Source: an uncultured delta proteobacterium (lineage in GTDB: Bacteria; Desulfobacterota; Binatia; UBA9968). Taken from it: a stretch of 47,712 nt of DNA. The translations under genes and the position numbers were made by a program. Shown here one piece after another: positions 40,152 through 47,712 of this stretch. The notes beneath the pieces were generated by a model, which saw only the letters and a list, made by a program, of their open reading frames with translations, was not told where the DNA came from and did not search any database. The stretch covers positions 1 through 47,712 of the forward strand of contig CAVWLW010000008.1 of assembly GCA_963755715.1 (NCBI GenBank), given 5' to 3'. How positions within the stretch are numbered: position 1 is the stretch's first letter; every line of letters starts with the position of its first letter.

Positions 40152-40180
40152 ACGCTAGCAACGTCTGAAATAGCTGTCAA
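40152..40180 (-). promoter_or_regulatory. Sigma70 promoter for GYD-korAB
   Basis: TTGACA (40180-40175), 17 nt, TAGCGT (40157-40152) with extended -10 TG. Confidence 0.6.
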
Positions 40181-40337
40181 GTTTATTTCTTCTGCCGCGC
40201 CGTCCGTTTCGTGCTTGGCGCTTCAAGGCAACCCATCGAGAAAAGGTTGTCTCCATGCTTTTTTTGCGGTACGCACAAGGTTTGAATCAAAGCCCATGTC
40301 GCGGCGGACAACGAACACGAAATATTGAGGAACGCTT

Positions 40338-41453
40338 ATGTTCGACTTTCTCTTTCCCAATCATCCTTTCGGCGGGCATACATTGCGCCTTGTCGCACAA
40401 GCGCAACAAGGCGGCGGTGACGTGTTCGATATCGCGCGAGCGATGAAGAACGTCGAAGCGGGCGACAAAGCGGCGTGGGAGCGTGCTTGGTTGGAACTGG
40501 CAGAGAAAACCGAGGCGCGCGCCAAAGAAGCGCTTGCAGCGGGTCGTCAACGCACGGCGAAGCAATATTATTTTCATGCAAACAATTACTATCGAATGTC
40601 CGACGTGTCTGCTGACGATCGCCGAAGAACCGAAGCGCGGCAGAACGTTTTCGCAAGGCCCGGGACAATTTTCGCGCGGCGGCCAGCGTTCAACGAGTCC
40701 TAAGATCGAAGTCGATTACCGTCCGCTGCGGTAACGAAGAGTACGACGGCTACTTCTGTCATCCGGTGAATCCCAAACCTGGCAAATGGCCGGCGGTGCT
40801 TTTTCTCGGCGGCGCGGACGCTTACGCCGAGGAGATTTATTTCGGCGGCAAACAGATGCTCGAGCGCGGCTGGGCGATGCTGCTCGTCGACACGCCGGGA
40901 CGCGGCTCGTCGATTTATCTTAAAGGAATCAAGACTCGACCCGATTATGAAGTGCCGGGAAAGGCGTGTATCGACTATCTGGTTTCGCGTCCTGAAGTCG
41001 ATGCCGAATCGCGTCGCGCTGCTCGGCATCAGCATGGCCGGCTATTATGCGCCGCGAGTTGCGGCATTCGAAAAAAGAATCAAAGCATTGGTTGCCTGGA
41101 GCGGCTGTTACAGTGTGCTCGATGATCTTTACGACTTTTGCGTTCATCTGCAGCCGGTTTGCCAAAGACTTCTCGGAGGAGTCAGTCATGACGAAGCAAG
41201 AAAACAATTGAAAAACTACACGATGGCAGGCATTGCGCAGAACATCGCCTGCCCCACGTTGATCACCCACGGCGACAAGGATACGTTGATGTCGGTTGAC
41301 GGCGCCAAGAGGTTGTTCGCCGAGATCGGCGCTAAAGACAAAACGCTAAAAATATACACTGAAGAGGACGGCGGCGGGAGAATTCACTGCAGCCACGACT
41401 ACTGGGCGCACAACGTGCCGTACATGTTGGATTGGTTGGAGGAGAGACTGTGA
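40338..41453 (+). CDS. Alpha/beta hydrolase, FrsA/DHPON-hydrolase-like (several frameshifts)
   Basis: GGAD..AEE, VDTPGRG, GISMAG nucleophile elbow, HGDKD, IHCSHD. Confidence 0.82.
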
Positions 41454-41510
41454 AGATTGGAGTGATGGATGGGCATGGAAAAAACGACACAGCGCTGTCA
41501 TCTCGAACAC

Positions 41511-41643
41511 CAGACTATGTGAAAACACCGTTCATGGTTCGACTCGGCTCACCACGAACGGTGTGGTTTCGTTAGAAATGAAGTACTTGTCCGTTCGCCC
41601 TGAGCCTAGTCGAAGGGCTCCGATAGAGTTTTCACACAATCTG
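41511..41643. mobile_element. MITE-like element with 16-bp terminal inverted repeats and an internal REP doublet
   Basis: CAGACTATGTGAAAAC...GTTTTCACACAATCTG (14/16), flanked by AC on both sides, splitting TGTCATCTCGAAC/GCAGTGAGAGATCT. Confidence 0.7.
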
Positions 41644-41703
41644 ACGCAGTGAGAGATCTTTCCGAAATCCGAGTTTAAACAGAAAAACAACGAAGGAGTA
41701 AGC

Positions 41704-43210
41704 ATGGCCAACAACGGAGATAAGCACCATTGGGACAAAGAAGTCGACGTGATCGTCGTCGGCTACGGCGCGGCCGGCGGCATTTCCGCGATCACGGCAC
41801 ACGACGCCGGCGCGAAAGTTTTATTGATTGAAAAAATGCCGCACCCCGGCGGCATCTCGATGCTTTCCGGCGGCGGTGTCGCTTTCGCGCACAATGCCGA
41901 AGGCGCCTTTCAATATTTCAAGCGCACGTGCAACGGCACCACGCCCGACGATATCCTGCGTAAGATGGCCGAAGAGATGGTCGGCATGATCGATTGGCTG
42001 ACCGAGCTTGCCAAAGTCAGCGGCACCGAGCCGACCAAAACCGAGACCCGCGGTCACGGCACCTATCCGTTTCCGGGGACCAACGACATCGATTCGATCA
42101 AGCTCAAAGACTTTCCGGCATACTCTGAATTTCCCTGGGCCAAGGGACTCCGCGGCGGCGCACGCTTGTTCAAAGTCGTTTATGACAATGTGAATACGCG
42201 CAACATAGAGGTCATGCTCGCGACACCGGCAAAAGAACTGATCACGAATTCAAATGGCGAGGTCATCGGATTGGTCGCCGAGCACGAAGGCAAGGCGTTG
42301 CGCATCAAAGCGAAGAAAGGCGTGATCCTCGCCTGCGGCGGTTATGAAAACGACGACGCGATGAAGCTGCAATACTTCCAAGCACAGCCAGTTTATCCGG
42401 TTTACCTCGGCAACACCGGCGACGGCGTAAAGATGGCGCAGAAAGCCGGCGCCGGACTTTGGCACATGTGGCATTTTCACGGCGGCTACGGTTTCAAATT
42501 TCCCGAGCTGCCGTTCGCCATCCGCCACGTCTGGGCCGGACCGAGAAACGAAAATCGCAAAATGATCTGGATCGCCGTCGACAAATTCGGCAAGCGGTTC
42601 ATGGACGAGTATCCACCCGCGCCGCAGGACACGGGCACGCGCGCGTTGGAATTTTACGATGCCGATATCCAGGACTATCCGCGCATCCCCTGCCATCTGA
42701 TTTTCGACGAAGAAGGCCGCAAGCTCGGCCCCATCGGTATCCCGATCGTCAACGATGAGCGCTTTGAAGCAAGTTGGAGCGAGGACAATCTTCGCAGAAG
42801 TCAACAAAGGCTGGATCACGAAAGGCAATTCACTCGAAGACATCGCGGCGCAAATCGATGTCAATCCGAAAGTGCTAAAGGCCACTGTCGAGCGCTGGAA
42901 TGAACTATGCGAGAAAGGCCAAGACGACGACCACAAACGTCCGCCGAAAACCATGATGCCGATCAAAAACCGACCGTTCTATGTCATGGAAGCCTGGCCG
43001 ATCGTCAATAACACCCAAGGCGGCCCGGAGCACGACGTCGAGCAGCGCGTGCTCGACCCGATGAAAAAGCCGATCCCGCGCCTCTACGTCGCCGGCGAGA
43101 TCAGCTCGATCTACGGGCATCTCTATTTGGAAGCTGGAAACATCACGGAATGTTTTGTCGCCGGCAAGATTGCAGGGCAAAATGCGGCTGCGGAAAAGGA
43201 TTGGGAATAA
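41704..43210 (+). CDS. FAD-binding oxidoreductase, fumarate reductase/3-ketosteroid dehydrogenase flavoprotein family (frameshift near 42793)
   Basis: VVGYGAAG, SGGG, LACGGYE, NTGDG, TQGGP, IPRLYVAGE. Confidence 0.88.
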
Positions 43211-43270
43211 CACGGGAGCTAAGCGGCGCGCGCGTTTTTCGCGCCCCTTCGGTTGAACGCCATGTTACTT
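43205..43270 (-). other. Degenerate integron attC site
   Basis: Minus strand AAGTAAC-ATGGC-GTTCAACCG...GCGCGAAAAACGCGC...CCGCTTAGC-TCCCGT-GTTATTC. Confidence 0.6.
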
Positions 43271-43454
43271 AAGAGATTTGGTCCCAAAAACGGATAACGT
43301 CATCGTACTGAAGTTTTTCTCGCCAGAAAGTAGCTAGCTGTGGATCCTTAGGAAATCCGAACTTACCGTTTTCATAGGCATCGGCGATAAACTGTAGCGC
43401 TCCCTCATATTTGTTTTCAGCTGCTTTACAAATAAACGTGATGCCTACCGCCGA
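43269..43454 (-). pseudogene. 3' remnant of a Sel1-like repeat protein cassette
   Basis: ICKAAENKYEGALQFIADAYENGKFGFPKDPQLATFWREK...* ending at the attC R'' box; no start codon. Confidence 0.5.
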
Positions 43455-43468
43455 CTCTCATTGGCGGA

Positions 43469-44299
43469 TTAGAAATCGACCTCACCTTCTATGCAATCTA
43501 CGACATCTCCGCCGACCCAGACTTCGTTGCCACTCTTTCGCAAGTGAACGCGACCCGCTCGCTGCATCGCGGTGCCTTGTGCGGCGACGTACGCCGGTGG
43601 CGAAAGTCCGGCACCAATGAGCCATTGCGCCAGACTAGCATTCAGACTCCCGGTGACCGGATCTTCGTATGCCCCGTCACCGATGAACGCCCTCACTTCG
43701 AAGTCGGCCTCGTGGCTAGGTGGATGGGGCCCAACCACGCCGACCTTCAATGGATGAAGGACCGCCCAATCGGGTTGGAGCGACAGAACTTGGCTCGCGG
43801 AGGACAGCATTACCGCGCACCAGCCAGGCCCGTTGTCGACCCACTGGTGATGCCGGATATCTGACGATGTGAGCCTCAAGGCCTTGATGATCTGATGGAG
43901 GACCGCCGGCTCCAATGGACCGGTCCGGCGCAACGGGGGTGCGGCAAACTCGAGTCGCGCGCCGTCGCGACGCACGCGTACGAGCCCTACCTCGCACTGC
44001 TGCACGACGACTCTTGAGTCGTGTGGTGCTCCGCCCGCAGCGATCCATGCGTGACACGAGCCGAGCGTTGGGTGTCCTGCAAAAGGCAATTCTCCGCCGG
44101 GCGTGAATATCCTCACGCGGTAGTCGGCAGCTGCGTCCGTCGGAGCCAGCAGATACGTTGTCTCGGAAAGGTGAGTCCAACGCGCAAACGCTGCCATTTG
44201 CTCGTCGCTCAGACCATCAGCCGCGTGCACTACGGCAAGGGGATTGCCCAGGAGTGGATCGGAAGAAAACACGTTGACTTGTCGGAATGATCGCTTCAT
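43469..44299 (-). CDS. PhzF family isomerase/epimerase
   Basis: QVNVF, GNPLAVV, LSET, RIFTPGGELPFAGHPTLG, EDPVTGS. Confidence 0.93.
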   Translation of the reverse strand: MKRSFRQVNVFSSDPLLGNPLAVVHAADGLSDEQMAAFARWTHLSETTYLLAPTDAAADYRVRIFTPGGELPFAGHPTLGSCHAWIAAGGAPHDSRVVVQQCEVGLVRVRRDGARLEFAAPPLRRTGPLEPAVLHQIIKALRLTSSDIRHHQWVDNGPGWCAVMLSSASQVLSLQPDWAVLHPLKVGVVGPHPPSHEADFEVRAFIGDGAYEDPVTGSLNASLAQWLIGAGLSPPAYVAAQGTAMQRAGRVHLRKSGNEVWVGGDVVDCIEGEVDF

Positions 44300-44337
44300 C
44301 GCCTCGCTCTTCGGTGCATGCACGAGCCGGCGGGGCG

Positions 44338-44399
44338 GGCTAACGCTCGAATCATGAGTTTCGCGCTACAATGGAGCTCATCAACCCGAACCGTTCCAA
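44338..44399 (-). other. Degenerate attC site
   Basis: Minus strand R' GTTAGCC preceded by CTCATGATTCGAGC, partner GTTGATGAG; eroded R'' TTGGAAC; located between LRR stop and PhzF start. Confidence 0.45.
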
Positions 44400-44418
44400 G
44401 GCGCGAAATCTCGTGCAT

Positions 44419-45451
44419 TCATTGGTTATCTTCTGAGCCAAGCATATTCTCCCCGAACCCACCGTCGACAGACACTTTAGATCCGGCAAAAAGTGCTCGC
44501 ACGTCTCGGTTCTTACGGAAACTCCCAAGCCCTACGCTTACTCGCTTGAGAGTCGGGTGCTTAAGAAACGGCTTAAATGTTTCTGCTGAGCAATGGGGAG
44601 CGGATGTTAGCGTGAGCCACTCGAGCCGAGGAGCTTCGGTGACGGGAACAATATTTTTGAGGCCCTTAAGATGATTAAAATGTACCTCTCTCAGTTCTTT
44701 CATGGGCGCAAACGAAGGGAGCTGGGTCACATTCGGAAGATCTTGTAAGTAGAGAACTCGTAAATTCTTTGCCTTTACGACATCGTCGAGATTGGCTAAT
44801 TTGCTGACCTGCCAAATTTCAAGTTGCTTCAGATTGGCTAAGTCCCCGAGAATATCGAGATTCTTTGTACCGCCCAACTTTAGGTCCAAGAGGCGCAGCT
44901 TCTGAAGACTGCTCAAGAACGACAAGGAAGGTACCGTAATAGATCGGAGTACCAGCTCCTCGAGATTCCCAAGTTCACTTACCACATTAAGGTCTTTATG
45001 ATGTCGCTCAATATAAAGTCGCCGAAGTTTCTGAAAACGTCGGAGGGGTTTTAAACTCAAAGTCTTACTTTTTAGCCTCTTCGAGGTAGAGAACCTTCAA
45101 CGAAGGAGGCAGTCCGTCAAGGAAAGTAAAGTCGTTCAAACATTCAATTCCAATCGTTAAGTTTACAAGATTTTTGAGCCGTCCAATCTCATCGACCCCG
45201 TCGACCTCTCCACTCAAGCAGTTCACAACAAGCGTCTTCACTGACGGAATATACTGAAGCATTCGGAGATCACATGTCGTCTTGTAAAAACCGTAGAAGC
45301 GAACTTCAAAGTCAGAACGGTGACGTAATATATCACGCTCTAACGTTTCAAGAGCATCTCGGGAAGGAGGTTCGGCAAATTGGATGTCATTTGCCCTCTC
45401 CTCTCGGGCGAGTGCTGCTATTTCTTTGGCGTTTGGTGCAAGTATGCTCAT
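44419..45451 (-). CDS. Leucine-rich repeat protein (frameshift in T-run near 45070)
   Basis: Repeated LxxLxxLxL units (LKNLVNLTI, LGNLEELVL, LQKLRLLDL, LANLKQLEI); lower GC than host genes. Confidence 0.8.
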
Positions 45452-45466
45452 AAGGAAGTAGTCAGA

Positions 45467-45527
45467 AGATAACGCCCGACGCTGAGGGGCGCGCGCTGTT
45501 TGCATACGCTCCAGCGCTGGGTTAGGT
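45467..45527 (-). other. Integron attC site
   Basis: Minus strand R'' ACCTAAC containing the upstream gene's TAA, L'' GCTGGAGCG, L' CCCTCAGC, R' GTTATCT; next ATG 16 nt later. Confidence 0.8.
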
Positions 45528-46106
45528 GGCCTCAACGGTGTGATACCGCGTAGCGGATGGCATAATCTGGACCCATCGGTGTCGAAGCAGCCCGAACCAT
45601 GATCTTGAGGACAGGTACCCCAAATCCAGATCGTGGATGCCCAGGAAATACATCTTCGATCCGTCAGGATTTGCGATGGAGTCCAGCGAAGTCGCGACAA
45701 GCTTCGAGATAGCCGCGACGGCATCTTTCTGCATGGGGTTGACAGCGGCGTCCGCGATTACAAGCGGCCCGTTGTCGCCGTGATAGAACAGCGAGTAACC
45801 GATGATGGGAGAGGCCATATCTTGCACACTATAGCCGAGATCAACCATCATCGGGCCCTGTTTCTGCGTTGCCATAAGCTTGAAACGCGTTTGTCGCGCC
45901 TGAAGGTATGCCTTGCTGGCAGTGCGATTGGCGGAGGCGGATACGGGGAAAAGGCATCAGACATGAGGAAGTTCCGTCTCAGGGTATCAAGCGTGGCCTG
46001 CGGCACCCGCTTGGTATCGCCTTGTTCGGCTGGAACATTCACCTCGTGATGCAGCGATGGCGCACGCGAAGACTGCCGCGAAAACGAATGCAGCTCGTAC
46101 GGTCAT
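45522..46106 (-). CDS. Hypothetical secreted protein, first cassette (two frameshifts)
   Basis: GGAAGGAG SD, signal-like MTVRAAFVFAAVFACAIAA, continuing via ORFs 45848-46042 and 45522-45875. Confidence 0.55.
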
Positions 46107-46136
46107 GCTTGGTCTCCTTCCGCTAAATCCTCCACC

Positions 46137-46200
46137 ACCTAACTACTAAGTGAGCCGCCACAGATAGCGACAATTACTGGTCGGCTTATCTCGGCTATGG
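46137..46200 (-). other. attI-like or truncated att site at head of cassette array
   Basis: Minus strand ...GCCGAGATAAGCCGAC...CGGCTCACTTAGTA-GTTAGGT core (GTTRRRY) with no matching RYYYAAC partner. Confidence 0.45.
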
Positions 46201-46242
46201 CTCAGACAATAAATGTTCAAATTGACTGAAATATCGGAACAA

Positions 46243-47301
46243 CCGAGAGCAGCGTGCCGGCGAGCCGGCGGATGACGGCGGGATCGGCGCCGGTGACGAC
46301 GAGACCGAGCGCATGGAATGACTGCGGCGAGCGCGTCCGCGTCGCGCCGGATCGCCGCGAAGATCGCGGCGACGAGCTGCGCGGCGCAGCTCGAGCGGCA
46401 CGCGCACGACCATGCCGAAGTCGAGCAGGATGATCCGGCCGTCCTCGGCGACGTGCACGTTGCCCGGATGCGGATCGGCGTGGAAGAGGCCGTGCACGAG
46501 CATCATCCGCGCGTACAGCTCCATCACCTCGCGCACGAGGCGGTCGGGCCGCACGCGTCCCTCGCGCGACCCACTCGTCGAGCCGGTCGACGCGCCGGCC
46601 CGGGCAGTACTCCAGCACGAGCGCGCGCTGCCGGACCATCGGCTCCATGACGCGCGGGATCCACATGCCGCGCGAGCCGGCGAAGTTCGCGCGGATCGCC
46701 ACGGCGTGCGCCGCCTCGCATGGCGGAAGTCCATCTCCTCGGAGACGCGCGCGGCGAACTCCTGGATCACGACGCGCGTGCCGACGACGTGCGGATTCGG
46801 CCACCAGCGCTCGACGACGCGCGATGATGCGCTGCGCGACGCGCACGTCCTCGGCGACGAGCGACTCGACGCCGGGCCGCAGCACCTTGATCACGACCTC
46901 CTCGCCGGCGAGCGCGCGCGGTGCACCTGACCGAGCGACGCCGCGGCGATCGGTACCTCGTCGAACCGCTCGAACAGCTCGGCCGGCGGCGCGCCGTACT
47001 CCTCGCGGATGACGCGCTCGATCTCGGCGAGCGGCACCTGCGGCACCTGGTCGGTGAGCGTCGTGAGCGCGCTTCGCGTAGGCCGGCGCCAGCAGGTCGG
47101 TGCGGCCGGCGAACAGCTGCGCCATCTTCACGAACGTCGGGCCGAGCGCGGCGAGGCTCGCGACGAGTCGCTGCGCGCGCCGCTCGTGGTCGGCGCGCGT
47201 GCGCGCGCGCCGGCGCGCCGAAGAACAGCCAGCGCGCGATGATCGCGCCAGAACGCCAGCGCGAGCGGCAGCAGCCGCCAGAGGATCACGACGAGCCGCA
47301 T
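46243..47301 (-). CDS. AarF/UbiB (ABC1) kinase family protein, 3' truncated and frameshifted
   Basis: LGPTFVKMAQ, VIKVLRPG, EEMDF, GLFHADPHPGN, LLDFGMV. Confidence 0.82.
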
Positions 47302-47339
47302 GCGTCCTCCGTCGGGCGCAGCGCCGAGCGCCATCGCGC

Positions 47340-47712
47340 TCAGCGCGCGCGCATGGCGCCGGGATCGATCCCGATGCGCGCGGCACCACGCCTCGTACTC
47401 GCCGGGCAGCACCTCCGACGGCTTGATCTCGCTGCGTCCGCCCCAGAACACGTTCGTGTAGCGCACGGGAATCCCGCTTCCTCGAGGTGCGCGTCGATCG
47501 CCGCCTTGTGCGCGAGCACCGTCGCCTTCTCGGTGCCGTGCGCGACGGCCATGATGTTCACGTTCGCGAACTCCGGCCCGCCCTCGCGCCAGTACGCGTG
47601 CGTGAGGATGTGGTGACGTCCCACCTCGCGGCCCGCCTCGATCTCGCGCCCCGCCGGCACGCGCCAGTGGAACAGCGCGTTGTAGCGCGTCGCGCGCTCG
47701 CCGGCCGCCGAC
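47340..47712 (-). CDS. 3' part of Lrp/AsnC-fold protein, siroheme decarboxylase (AhbA/AhbB/NirDL)-like
   Basis: YNALFHWRVP, ILTHAYWR, NIMAVAHG, then SEIKP after a frameshift; cut by window end. Confidence 0.6.
   Translation of the reverse strand, partial: SAAGERATRYNALFHWRVPAGREIEAGREVGRHHILTHAYWREGGPEFANVNIMAVAHGTEKATVLAHKAAIDAHLEEAGFPCATRTCSGADAARSSRRRCCPASTRRGAARIGIDPGAMRAR

Noticed and set aside
1-47712. CRISPR array or cas genes
   Set aside because: No regularly spaced direct repeats with unique spacers; the repeats found are inverted REP-like elements.

Overview
A 47.7 kb bacterial chromosome segment. Gene content and order suggest a deltaproteobacterium such as Candidatus Binatia, which is an inference. 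It appears to span the replication terminus: a dif site lies at 27822-27849 and the neighbouring genes converge on it. Many otherwise intact genes carry single-base indels, which points to an unpolished long-read sequence. Left to right: xerD, site-2 protease, trpS, scpA, scpB, rluB; a rhodanese-MoeB fusion; a tRNA-Arg(CCT) integration hotspot with a displaced 5' tRNA half, decayed terminase genes and two convergent integrase remnants; accessory genes including cyaB and a sigma54-driven DegP; uup; orphan solute-binding proteins and an MFS; MoxR/VWA-miaB-bifunctional nuclease-YfgM; dif; a sulfide:quinone oxidoreductase-like gene; an HO-like diiron protein/cyclase/aldolase cluster; attC-bearing genes; amidohydrolase; GYD-korA-korB behind a structured leader with a terminator; nested REP/MITE elements; an integron cassette array without integrase; and an abrupt switch to very GC-rich foreign-looking DNA in the last ~1.5 kb. 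The top finding is that the SQR-like gene has an in-frame UGA at the conserved C-terminal catalytic Cys position. The UGA is followed by a SECIS-like hairpin and 53 further codons that end in the family C-terminal motif, making this a candidate selenocysteine SQR.
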